This document shows, one piece after another, positions 51,094-63,199 of a stretch of 64,000 bases of DNA. Made by a program: the position numbers and the translations under genes. The DNA is from Lama guanicoe (taxonomy: Eukaryota). The stretch lies in assembly GCA_013239625.1 (NCBI GenBank), contig MU053158.1:1-64000 (forward strand), written 5' to 3'. Positions within the stretch are counted from its first letter, which is position 1. Each line of letters begins with the position of its first letter. The notes beneath the pieces were generated by a model. The model made no database searches, had not been told where the DNA came from, and saw only the letters and a list, made by a program, of their open reading frames with translations.

Positions 51094-51309
51094 AAACATG
51101 AAAAAAAATAAGAAAATAAGAACGGAATATGACCAATTTCATAGCGGCGATACATAAGACATTGACATGCAGAGTGCTAGAAAGGCATTTCTTGAGGAGT
51201 TAAGAGAGATACAGAGTCATCCTTTGAAGGGAAAATAGAGGAGCCAAGGCACAAAGATGTGGGAAATGCAAGTATTTGGACACATTAAGCAGTCATTCAC
51301 TCAATAGTG

Positions 51310-51808
51310 TTCAAGCACCTCTTTTACAGAATAAAGACGGACACGATACTCCTTCCCTTGAATATGGGAGAGCTCTGCTCTCTGACTATATTGTATAGTA
51401 TCCTTTAGCAGAATTTATACTGTGCTGGTTTCCAGGCCTAGGCCTTCAGAGACTAGCAGCTTCTACTTCCTGCCTCTTGAAATAACTGCTCTTGGAACCT
51501 ATTCCCATGCTGTAAGGAAGCCCAAACAACAATGTGAGGCAACCCATGGGAAGCAGAATCAAGGCACAACAACTCCAGCTGAGCTCCAAGCTGATGGCCA
51601 GCACCGACTCATACACCATATGAGTAAACCATCCTCGACAGGTATTCTCCAGCCCAGTCAAACGGAAAGAGCTTGGTCAGAGATGGCCAACCCCACTAAT
51701 TCTTAATATGCTCATAACACAGATTTATTAGTAAAATAGTGCATTGTTTATGTTTTAAGCCACTGAGATTTGGGGTAATATGTTGCAAGATCAATAGATA
51801 AGAGAACA
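51310..51808 (+). mobile_element. MaLR solo LTR (MLT1G/H-like)
   Basis: ttccaggcctaggccttcagagactagcagcttctacttcc..catgctgtaaggaagccca..gttttaagccactgagatttgggg..caatagataagagaaCA. Confidence 0.85.
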
Positions 51809-51809
51809 A

Positions 51810-52345
51810 CTACCTACATACCAAGACTGTATCTGGGGAAGAAACGGACACATTTAAGTCTTGTGTTCATGAAGTTTACAGGCTTGTGCAGTGCAGGTGG
51901 AAATGGGTGTAGGTATGGAAGAGAGTGGGATGTAATAGAACACGAGTTGAGAAAAGTAAGCTTATTAGTGATTATATTGAGAATGCAGGGGCCTTAAAAT
52001 GTAGTATAAGTATTTATAAAAATGTTTAGATGTGAATGTAAACTATTGAAATTTTCTAAGTGGAATCATGCTTTAGAACGGTGAAGGTGATGTTAGTGTT
52101 TGGGTTCAACTGGAGAAGCAACACTGAAGGTAGATTTACTATTTAGGAGACCTCAAAAGCCCAGAAAAAGGAAAAAGGTAATGAGATCCTAAGCCAGAGT
52201 CAAGAGGATGGAAAAGAAAAATTAGGTTGGAGTGATACTCTCACATCTCCATGAAGCAGACTCTATCTATTTTGTTAATTCGTATACCCAATTTCTTAGA
52301 ACACTATCTAGTACACAGCAGTTTCTCATATCTATTTACAGAACA
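51810..52345. mobile_element. L2 fragments (both orientations)
   Basis: tcatgaagtttacaggcttgtg; actatttaggag; ctccatgaagcagac..tagaacactatctagtacacag. Confidence 0.55.
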
Positions 52346-52835
52346 AATACAAGTTTAAAAAATAAATAAATGTGACAGAAGCCAAGATATCTGTTAGGAG
52401 AGTTATACTTCCATTTGGTTCAACTCACCTCTCAACAGCCCAGCAGAAATCTAAGGTAGTCAGTCTGCCATAACTCCATGCCTCTCTTCCAAGGATATAG
52501 ATCCATGAATTGCTTTAAATAAGGATAAAGGAAATGCATCCCTTGACTATGTGTCTATCCAAAGTGAACTTATCCAAAAGACAACTTTGGGCTACGTGTA
52601 CAGCCAATAATTTAATCTACACTACACTTCATTTCTAGCCCTTCCAGTCTCCTGTATTTTGTTTTTGTATGTTTCTTTGTTTTTGTTTTCTTAATATATT
52701 TGAGGATATTTATTTGTAGTGATCATGTAGGAGAAAATACAATAAATAAATGTAAAGAAGAATCTTTTATTCACACTCTTCCCGGAGCAAAAGGCAAAAG
52801 AGATATAACAATAACCAAAATCTAAAAGGACCACA

Positions 52836-53228
52836 TAACTGATACTATATGGTAGTGTATTTTCTTACAGAATTCTCACTAGTAGGCTAACCTATTGCCT
52901 TCTTCATCAAAATTCCCTGACAGTATATTTGTTTTTGGATGAGTAAAAACAGTAATCTAATATTTCCCAAATACACAAATGAGTATTGCTGTAGGATCTA
53001 TCTTCACTGGACTCTAAAATTTCTATATAGTAACTGATACTATATGGTAGTGTATTTTCTTACAGAATTCTCATTAGTAGGCTAACCTATTATTGCCTTC
53101 TTCATCAAAATTCCCTGACAGTATATTTGTTTTTGGATGAGTAAAAACAGTAATCTAATATTTCCCAAATACACAAATGAGTATTGCCTTAGGATCTATC
53201 TTCACTGGACTCTAAAAATTCTATATAA
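52836..53228 (+). repeat. Head-to-tail duplication of a ~195-bp unique segment
   Basis: Copy 1 at 52836-53030 and copy 2 at 53031-53228 differ by about 5 substitutions and a 3-bp (TAT) indel. Confidence 0.95.
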
Positions 53229-53421
53229 TTAAAATGACAAAAAAGACATTAGCTGGAAAGAATTGGGAAACTCACCCAATGTAGTCATTCATACAAATAT
53301 TGGGGTTGACACTAATATTTTGTTTGTAACACTGTTTGATTTGTTTTGCATCTATATATTCAAATTCATCCACAATAAAATGTATTTGACCTGTTATTTA
53401 GAAAAAATAATTGGTTTGGTA

Positions 53422-54353
53422 NNNNNNNNNNNNNNNNNNNNNNNNNNNNNNNNNNNNNNNNNNNNNNNNNNNNNNNNNNNNNNNNNNNNNNNNNNNNNNN
53501 NNNNNNNNNNNNNNNNNNNNNNNNNNNNNNNNNNNNNNNNNNNNNNNNNNNNNNNNNNNNNNNNNNNNNNNNNNNNNNNNNNNNNNNNNNNNNNNNNNNN
53601 NNNNNNNNNNNNNNNNNNNNNNNNNNNNNNNNNNNNNNNNNNNNNNNNNNNNNNNNNNNNNNNNNNNNNNNNNNNNNNNNNNNNNNNNNNNNNNNNNNNN
53701 NNNNNNNNNNNNNNNNNNNNNNNNNNNNNNNNNNNNNNNNNNNNNNNNNNNNNNNNNNNNNNNNNNNNNNNNNNNNNNNNNNNNNNNNNNNNNNNNNNNN
53801 NNNNNNNNNNNNNNNNNNNNNNNNNNNNNNNNNNNNNNNNNNNNNNNNNNNNNNNNNNNNNNNNNNNNNNNNNNNNNNNNNNNNNNNNNNNNNNNNNNNN
53901 NNNNNNNNNNNNNNNNNNNNNNNNNNNNNNNNNNNNNNNNNNNNNNNNNNNNNNNNNNNNNNNNNNNNNNNNNNNNNNNNNNNNNNNNNNNNNNNNNNNN
54001 NNNNNNNNNNNNNNNNNNNNNNNNNNNNNNNNNNNNNNNNNNNNNNNNNNNNNNNNNNNNNNNNNNNNNNNNNNNNNNNNNNNNNNNNNNNNNNNNNNNN
54101 NNNNNNNNNNNNNNNNNNNNNNNNNNNNNNNNNNNNNNNNNNNNNNNNNNNNNNNNNNNNNNNNNNNNNNNNNNNNNNNNNNNNNNNNNNNNNNNNNNNN
54201 NNNNNNNNNNNNNNNNNNNNNNNNNNNNNNNNNNNNNNNNNNNNNNNNNNNNNNNNNNNNNNNNNNNNNNNNNNNNNNNNNNNNNNNNNNNNNNNNNNNN
54301 NNNNNNNNNNNNNNNNNNNNNNNNNNNNNNNNNNNNNNNNNNNNNNNNNNNNN
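53422..54353. other. Assembly gap (932 N)
   Basis: Run of N. Confidence 1.
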
Positions 54354-56309
54354 TATCAGCACAGATGATGCAAAATTGTATAAAGAGGAAAATAATCTCT
54401 TTTTCCTCATCTTTTTCCTCCTCCAATCCCACCTGCACTGAAGTAATCAACATTAATGGTTCTGTGTCTATCCCCCACACCTTTAATAGCTGGATTTATG
54501 TAGTACAATTCTTTTCCAGGTACAAATATACATGTACAGGCTGATGGTGGAATGGAGCGTGGAAAAGTGTCTCCTTTCCACGTCACGTCTAAGGTCCTGA
54601 CCACCTAACTGCCTACTCACCTAAAAGAATGAACAGACAAATGCCTTGAAAATTATAACGTGTGAATGTAAAGTGACCGTGTGCTTGCTGTTGTTATATC
54701 ATTTTAATCCTTTATTTTGCCAAAGATGTATAAATCAAAGTTACATTCTAAGTTGTTCATATCTGTTGACAAAATACTCATGAATTCATAAATTAGATAA
54801 AATTCTGACAACTTCTAGTGCCTTTACAAGTAATAATTAGGCCCATGTGGTTCCCAGTGCTCCTGAATTTCTTCCTAACGCTGAATAACTCATCCTGGTT
54901 CTCAGTGACAGGAGGAATTCAACATTCTGTATCTGAGGTTTGTGGACACTGATTGAAAATGCAATATTCTGAGAAATCAGTAGAGGAGAGATTTATGTTG
55001 CTCTGTGAAAGACGATACTCTGAGCAAGGACAGAAACAGGATATGCATATGAAGAAAGAACGATTTTCATACTACAGTTTAACCTGAGCACCCTCATTCC
55101 TGTTTACAAAAAAATCTACTTTTTGTGTATCAAAAAATTAATTGATATGAAATCAATTCTCAGGTTAGAGAAATTCAGATTTGTAATGAGTTTCTTGAAC
55201 TACAGAAATTTTAATGGTATAGGCTTTTCTTGTGTAGCTATCAATATTTAGTCATAAAATCTAAGTGCGAATAAGCCCATCCAAGGTTTGATTAACATTA
55301 AAATTTGCCTAAAAGCACTGGCCTTCCTTCCGTTCTTACCAGTGGCATCATCATTAGCACGGTGCCTCTTGCAAACTTACTATTTCTATCACCATTGTTA
55401 ATGACTGACAAAGCACAAGGCCATGCTCAAACAGCTACCTACATGCACAGAGCTGCATTTATCCTAGAGTGGACTGCATATTGGGTTTCTTAATTTATAA
55501 ATCTTTATTTCCACTGCGCAATTTGTAAAGTCTTGCTGTTGGAAAATATGTCTGAATGGCTATCAAATCCCTGTCTGATTCCCTCTGCCCACGGGCACAC
55601 CGACTCTTTGGTTTGCTGCTACAACTGTAGCTGTGCTTTAATTTTTGATTGAAACTAGTCCACATTTGCATCCTTCAATCTGATACCGTTGTCACAACTC
55701 TACCCTCCAAAACTCTTATTTTGATTTCTTTTTATTTCATTTTTCTTCTTCTGTTTCCTCAAAGAAATGTCATGTTTTTGTTTTTGTTTTTAAAGCACAT
55801 CTTTTGTCTGAGCCTTTATGGTGCAAATATGAGGACAGTAGGAAGTTTAAAGACTTGTTCATTTATGTTAAATTTTGGGAATGCCTGGAACACATTTTCC
55901 TCTAGGCACAATGCTAAGTAGTCACCATTACAAAGTATTTAATGGGGAAAAAAAAGGAATTCTTTATGTATTTTATCAGAATTTAAAGTTTTTATTTAAA
56001 AATAATCCCCAGATGTTTGGGATGTAATAAAACAAAACTTTGAAGATCCAAACATCACTATTATTTAGTAAAAATGAAGAGTTCAGCCACAATTATATCC
56101 AAACCAGGTAGAATAGGATTTCCCCTTTCCAACTGAGTTTTAACTACTAGATACCTGATACCTATTTGTCAGATCAGGTCTCTCCTCTGAAGAACTATAC
56201 CTGAAAATGAGGTGAATATTGGTTGTGTAAACATACCGATCAGCCTGAAGCAACAGTAGCATTCTGTCAGTCTGAGCATGCTCAGTCCACTTCCTCCTCA
56301 GGCTTCAAA

Positions 56310-56570
56310 GTTAGTAATAATAGTGACAAATAGCCAACATTTATTGAGTACGTGAATTGAGAACTTACCATGTTCCAGATGCTGCATTAAAAACGTTATC
56401 TGCAGCAATGAATTGAATGCTCACCGCTTCTCTCTGAGAGGCATTATTGTAATACTCATATTTACAGAAGGGGATTAAGACTGAGGGAAGCAAAGTAACT
56501 TGAGTTAAGCTCATGTGGCTAATAAATTTAGAAAAATGCCATGGTTTAAAACTGTGAACTTCAAAGTTAC
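56310..56570 (-). mobile_element. MIR SINE
   Basis: aacatttattgagtac..catatttacagaagggattaagactgaggg..aagtaacttg..catgtggctaataaat. Confidence 0.75.
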
Positions 56571-56729
56571 AGCTGAGACAGAAGGGTCCTTTCCCTCCCC
56601 CCAACTCCCCCCACCACACACAGCCGCACACTTTTATATAGAAGTGGTCATCTGGAGATGTACGCCATAAATGTTTTTTTCTTATCAGAATGATTTCATG
56701 ACATTCAGTAAAAACTAAGAAAATCTGTT

Positions 56730-56915
56730 TGAATGAAGTATGACCTTTAGTCGGTGTATCAATATTGGTTCTTTAGTTGTGACAAAGGTCCACTATGAAT
56801 GGTAGATATTAACAGGAGAGGAAACTGGGTGTGGGGTGTATGCGAATTCTCTGTGCTGTATTTGCATTTTTTTCTGTAAAATCTAAAATAATTCTTAAAT
56901 GAAAATGTATCTGAA
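56730..56915 (+). mobile_element. L1MC/L1MD 3' terminal fragment
   Basis: tgtatcaatattggttctttagttgtgacaaa..ggaaactgggtgtggggtgtatg..ttttctgtaaaatctaaaa. Confidence 0.8.
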
Positions 56916-57909
56916 AAAGGCTGCATATGCATACCCAATCAGTGTTTAAAACAGTCCATCCTACAACCCACAGACACCTTCCATGACAATTTTATTGTGC
57001 TTTTGCTAAAGAGGGACATAATCTCCTCAGAAACAAACAGAAAGCTGGTTTCATTAAATCCATTCTTCTTAATGTCAGAAACCCTTATTTCTTCTCTCAA
57101 AATCTGCGATATTGCCTGGATCATGAAAAAATATGAAAGCAAACTAGAGTAGTCAAACTGTTTACAAAAAATGTTATTAATGATACAATCCATCTACATA
57201 GATGTGAACATATTTTAATAACCTTGGATCTGACAGGAAGAGTTGTGATGTAAAAGGAGATTTACATGCATAAAAGCTCAGGGAAAAAGTTTGAACTTCA
57301 AGCATTAAGGTCTTAGTTCGTAAATCCGAAGGGAAATACATAGAAAATAAAGGCATTAGAAGAAGATATGAAAAAATGTAAAAGAATTAATGTCTCCTCC
57401 ATGAATCTTTGTGAATAAATGGCAACACACAAGCTACAGAAAACCAGTTTACTGTTTGAAGGATGAATGTGGGTTCAGAAGAATCAACATGGAATTTTCA
57501 AGTTAATGGAAAACAAGCTCATATTGTTTATGTAATGATTGATACTATCCTGGTTGAATTAAAAGGGATTCTAGAACATACCTCTCCCTACTGAAACACA
57601 TTTTGCTGCTTTAAAAATGCAAGGTGTTTGAGAATGGCTTAGAAAGATTATCAACTACATACTAGTAAATCACAAACTCTTAACCCAAAATCAAATTAAA
57701 ACCTATTTTTGCAGAGTTTATTAAAAAGCATTTGTTCTTTTGCTCTACATGTCTGTGGCTAAAATTTAAATCATATTAATCTTGAAACGTGTTTTAGATG
57801 TAAACTAAATCTAATACATACAAAGTCCTTATTTTCCTATTTAATTAAAAGAAATTCCAAAAGACTACTTTCTTTTCAGAGAGAAACTTGTTGAAATAAT
57901 TACCTATTG

Positions 57910-58190
57910 AGGACTAGAAATCCCAAGGGATTAGCTTTGGATACAGAGCTTTCAAGTTTCTAGGTCACTGAATGGAATCTGAAACCAAACCCACAGGGAC
58001 TAAAGGGCATTATCAGGAAAGGCTGTTAAAGGACCTTTATCATATGGTCTCAGTGAGAGACAGGTGTCCACTGTTGTTGACCATCTGGGTTAAGAAGCAA
58101 AAACATAAAAGGGTATGATTGCCCCTAAAAATGATCTCCAGAGATTCGGTTTAGGCAAAACATTGAGGGCGGACAAGTCCGTGCACAATG
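57910..58190 (+). mobile_element. LF-SINE (LFSINE_Vert) remnant
   Basis: Collinear matches to the recalled LF-SINE consensus: ggatacagagc, tctaggtcactg, ggctgtt, tggtctcagt, gacaggtgtccac, ttgttg, cccctaaa..ctccag, aggc..acattg..gggc. Confidence 0.7.
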
Positions 58191-60439
58191 ACTTAACATA
58201 ATACTTCTCTCTCTCTGTCTCTCTTCATACATACACACACACACGCATTCTGCATAAGCTCCACAAAAAGGTATTTATTCAGAAGATGCTTCAGGGAGAT
58301 GGGGGAATTATCTCTGTGCTTTGGAAAGGAAAAAAACAAATTTTCCTCAAGTGGTATTAAGATTTAGATCAATAGAAAAGGGTGATTGATTATATAGAAG
58401 ACTTACATATAAAAAAGAAAAAAATATGTTCATTAATTACACAGGTTTTAAAATTATGAAGACAAATACAAAACTTATTGCAAAATAGTTTCAAATTGCA
58501 CTGTTTCGTAAGCTGATTTTGCTCAGGTTGAGGAAATTTTGACTCAAGATGGGTCTTTAAAAGCTTTGGTGGGTAGAGAAGAAGGTTATATAATGTCGGA
58601 TTGGAGAGGGTGGTAGAACACTAAGCCAAGTACAAAATGAAGGATGAAATGGAATCAAATACGTTTCATTTATTACTATAAAAATTGTTTTCATGATCAG
58701 GAGTGAAATTGAATCTTTGCGTTTATTATTGAGTGTGAATATCGATGAAGGTCATATAGCAATATTGGGAAGCAGAGTAATGGCTACAACTCTCTCCATC
58801 TCACCAAAAGAAGGAGCAAATCCAGTGCACAGTCTCTCTTGCTTATTCTGGCCACAACCAGTATGGAGACTTGTGTCTGGTATTCAAATCATCTTTCTAC
58901 GTAGCATACTAATTTTAGCTAAGCTCCTTCTTTGAAAAAAATGTGCTTTAAAAAAAAAATTAGAGCCGCTATACAAAGAGTTGAGAGTGAGATGGGGAAA
59001 GAGAGCCTGTGGTTGATGAAATGCAAATGAGGCTTGGCTCAGACAGCTGGCTGCTTTGGATGACATGGGTGATAAATGGTTCTTAAAACATGAGCAGGCG
59101 TCGGGCTCCCGATTCAGTGTCGGACTGGCAGAAACAGCAGTATTACTAGATGCTTCCTTTAATTAATGCAACTCGACTGCATTAGTCCGGACACTGCCGA
59201 TAAATGGGAAAGAAGTGATATCGAAGGTAATATCAGAAATCTTTCAACCTTGAAGCTGGGATGTGTTGGCCAAAAGCCTCAGGATTGTAAGAGGTTTAAT
59301 TGTATTTGTAATGTACCAGTGCACCATGACAAAAACGGGGAGATAGTGTAGTCAGGACCAGGCAAGGCTGTGATAAATGGGAGAACGAGTGATTACACGG
59401 CAAGGAGGACTGTGGAAACAGACAAAGGACAGGCAAATGGAAAGCGGGAATGTAGCCACCACTGTAATTTGAAAGCACTCAGAGGAATTTTGAGGTGCAC
59501 AGAAGGGTAGGATTTGGTCCTTCAGGATTTGTTAGGGCTCAAGGATGCACAAAATACCTAATATTTCAGTGTGCCCCTAAATATGGTCAGGCAGCATATA
59601 CCTTGTAACACTGTGTAGACTTTAACCTATACCCAAATATAAATGTATGTGCTGCTGGGACGGTGTCTGAGAAATACCTTTAAAAAATACACATACACAT
59701 GCACAAGATGTTTTAAAGAAAACACACCTGGACCTGGCTGCCTACCAAGAGTGTCCTTTTTCTCCTGGCTCAAATTTCTACCTAGAAATCAAATAAAATC
59801 TTTCAGATGACACCAATATTGTCAAGGTGTCGCATCAAAGTAAGATTTTATTCAAGAAGGTATGCCAGTAAGGAATTTTCTGCAACAAGCAAATGACAGA
59901 AGAGTTGGCCTTAAATCTCACAGCGGACACCAGTGAGAATTCCCTGAAATCATACCTCCTTTCACACTTTGTTAACTTGGATCATGACAACCTCAGCCAC
60001 AGCACCAACCACACCTACACGCTGCCCTTTCTCGACACCCCGGCTGTACTTTCCTACTCTGATCCTGGATCTTCCAGTCTTGACCTCCTATCGCACTTTA
60101 GAGCAATGAAACTTTATTTATGAAAACAAGCAGTGAGCTAGTTTGGCCCATGGGCTATAATTTGCCAATTCCTGATAGAATATTGCATCTCTCCATGGTT
60201 ACTTTAAGTACAGAGGTTAGTCTGGTCAGTATTCACACCTCTGCAAGCACTGCTTACAAAGGGAGTGGAAGAGCCAGTCGGGAATAGCTCCTCTTGACGT
60301 GTGTCACTATGTTGTATTTGGGACAGTACTTTTTCTTCCTTTTGGTTCTCATCTTTTGCCCTAGACTAAAAGAAGTCACTAAGAACTGTTTTAGATGGAA
60401 AAATTAATTGTCACCTAAACCCAGTCCTTCCAACCTCTT

Positions 60440-62147
60440 CTTTTCATCTTTGTTGTGGTATAAGTGACAAATAAAATTGTCAGCTATTTAAAGTGTGCAA
60501 CACGATAATTCGTGATATGTATACATGGTGAAAGGATTCCCATTGAGTTCATTAATACATACATCACCTCAATATTTTCTGTTTTTGTTGTTGATGAGAA
60601 CACAAGTTCTACTCTCTTAGCAAATTTCTATTATATAATGTAGTATTATCAACTATAGATGTTATATATTAGATGCATAGAACGTATTCATCTTACAAAA
60701 CTGAAAGTTTGTACCTTTTTACCAGCCTCTCCCTATTTTCCCCAGCCCCCAGCCCCATGGCAACCATTATTCTACTCTCTGCTTCACTGAGTTTAACCTT
60801 TTTTCTTTTTGTACTCTGCATATAAGTGTTATCATGCAGTATTTGTCCTTCTGTGTCCGGCTTATTTCATCCAGCATAATGTCCTCCAAGTTTACCCATG
60901 TTGTTGTAAACAGCAGAGTTTCCTTCTTTTGTAGGGATGAATGATATTTCCTTGTGTGTGTGTGTTTTCTTTCTTCATTCATTCATTCATGGACACTTGG
61001 GTTGTTTCCATGTCTTGGCTGTTATAAGTAATGCTGCTGTGAACATGGGGCTGCAGATATCTTTTCAAGTTAGTATTAGCAACTTTGTGGGGTGTTTTTT
61101 TTTTTTTTTTTTTTTTGAGATATACCCAGAAATGGGATTACTGGATCATATGGCAGTTCTATGTTTAATTTCTTGTGGAACCTCCATACTGTTTTCCATA
61201 ATGGCTACATCAATTTACATTCCCATCCACAATGTGCAAAGGTATGCAGCATGTAGTTGGTCTTTTTTTTTTTAATCCATCCAGCCAGTCTTTTAAGAAT
61301 TTTTTTTCCCATTTACATTTAAAGTAATTGTTGATAGGTTTGGACTTAACTACTGTCATTTTGCTAACTGCTTTCTGGCTCTTTTGTAAGTCTTTTGTCC
61401 CTTTCTTCTTCTCTTGCTCCCTGCCTTTGTGATATGATGGTTTTCTTTCATGGAATGCGTAGATTTCTTTCTCTTTCTCTTTTGTGTATCTACCATAGGT
61501 CTTTGTTTTGCAGTTACTGAGGCTTACATAAAACATCTTATTTTTTTATAGCAGTCTATTTTAGGCAAAAATAACTAGAGTTATAAGTAGTGCACCTACC
61601 ACTGTTACGATATTAGGGTATTCTAAATTTTTAACTACATATTTACCTTTACCAGTGAGTTTTATATTTTTACATGTTTTCATGTTAAAATTACCATCCT
61701 TTCATTTCAGCTTCTGAAATATCTGTTGGGGGCTTATCAGAACTGCTTCTTTGCTACAGTCCTGTGGATCTTGTGGACATAAATCCCTTCAGTCTTCAGA
61801 GCTAGGTGTTTTAGGGTTCCATCCCCTGAGTGAAAGTCTACAAAGGTGGAGTGTTAGACATACAGTCTAAACCCTTTGCTTTTCATGGAGAATCTGGGAG
61901 TTGGAGCTTTCCTCCTGATTTCATGGCACTGTGACTGGAGTGGGTTTTATGAGGAGAGTACATCTCAGCCTTTTCTGTTCATTTCAATGTGGGTATTTTC
62001 CCATTCCCCTGATGTGTAGGAGCCACTCAGCTAGTTTGTGGATTTCTTTTAAAGGGAATTGTACCATGTGTCACTGTAAAGTCAGTGTGTCCATGGGAAG
62101 GAAAAGTTTAGGTGACTCCTATGACACTATCTTGGCCCCTCTCCTCC
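60440..62147 (-). mobile_element. L1 (L1MA9/L1M2-like) with both ends but two large internal deletions
   Basis: 5'UTR start (rc ggaggagaggggccaagat) ~61714-62147; ORF1 end, spacer and ORF2 start ~61243-61713; ORF2 C-terminus and 3'UTR ~60440-61242 (TTWVNLEDIMLDEISRTQKDKYCMITL). Confidence 0.85.
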
Positions 62148-62274
62148 TGCTTCTTAACATTAGTGTTAAACTTTCCTTACCCAAGGATAGCAAAGATATC
62201 TCAACACTTCTGTAAGCTTCTATCAGGTATTGTGTTTCATTTCATTATCTGCAAGATGCTAGGGGAAAAGCATA

Positions 62275-62780
62275 CAATTTTGTGTAGGTTATCAATTGCA
62301 ACATAGCAAATCACCCCATCACGCAAAACAAAGATTATTTATCCTTTCAGCTCACACATCTGTAAACACCACAGGCATAGTTGGTCTAGGCTGAATTTAG
62401 CTGGGTTGACTGAATTTACTCCTCTGCAGTTTGCTAGTCTGAGAAATTCTGTTCTTTACCACTTATTCTGGGCAGCTTACCCAGAGAGGTTCTCCTCTTC
62501 ATGTCTCATTTTCTTTCTGGAACCAGAAGACTGGCTGAGAATGTTCTTCTGCTGGCAATGAGAGAGCCACAAGTGACCAAGTCCCATTGCATAAACTCAG
62601 ATCAAACTTTGCTTGTATCATGCCTGCTGAAATTCCATTGGTCAAAGCAAGTCCCACAGATAAACTCAGTTCACCAGACAATAGTAGGAAGCCCTATAAA
62701 GGCGTGGATTCAGGGAGATATGAAGATTTTAAGTCAGATATGCAATCTATCAAAAATTGGAAATTAGACAAAGCTAGGTG
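62275..62780 (-). mobile_element. MaLR LTR (MLT1-like)
   Basis: caattgcaacatagcaaatcacccc; aatgttcttctgctggcaatg; ctgctgaaattccattggtcaaagcaagtc. Confidence 0.7.
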
Positions 62781-62789
62781 TAACTGGCA

Positions 62790-62945
62790 GCCCAGCCAAA
62801 TTCCAGCTGTGTGATACTGAATTTAGTTTGTTTCAACAGGAAAGCAGGGACAGTTGTACATACAAATAAGACCATTTGTGTGATTATAAGAATTAAATGA
62901 GATAATATAAAACGTGTGAAGACAGCATAATGAAAATTTTCAATA
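62790..62945 (+). mobile_element. MIR fragment
   Basis: ccagctgtgtgatactg..ttgtgtgattataagaattaaatgagataatataaaacg. Confidence 0.55.
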
Positions 62946-62965
62946 TCAAAATGTGTAAGAAAATA

Positions 62966-63199
62966 TAATTGATCCTTGAACAACATGTATTTGAACTGTG
63001 CAGGTCCACGTACATATGGATTTTTTTCCATAGTTAATGCTACAGTGCTACACAACCCATTGCTGTTTGAAACCACAGATGCAGAACTGCAGAAATGGAC
63101 AAAACACATATGGAGAGCCTACTATAAATTATACAACTATTAGTTTTGACTGCACAACAGGGAGGCAGTCTAACCCCCTTGTTGTTCAAGGGTCAAATG
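62966..63199 (+). mobile_element. Tigger2a/MER8-type TcMar-Tigger MITE
   Basis: Terminal inverted repeats (t)aattgatccttgaacaac / gttgttcaagggtcaaatg with TA flanks (62964-62965, 63200-63201). Confidence 0.88.

Noticed and set aside
28694..53228. Short direct repeats as a CRISPR-like array
   Set aside because: Only isolated two-copy duplications with no repeat-spacer periodicity, in mammalian DNA with no cas genes.
53263..54544. 338-392 aa ORFs
   Set aside because: Almost entirely the 932-N gap.
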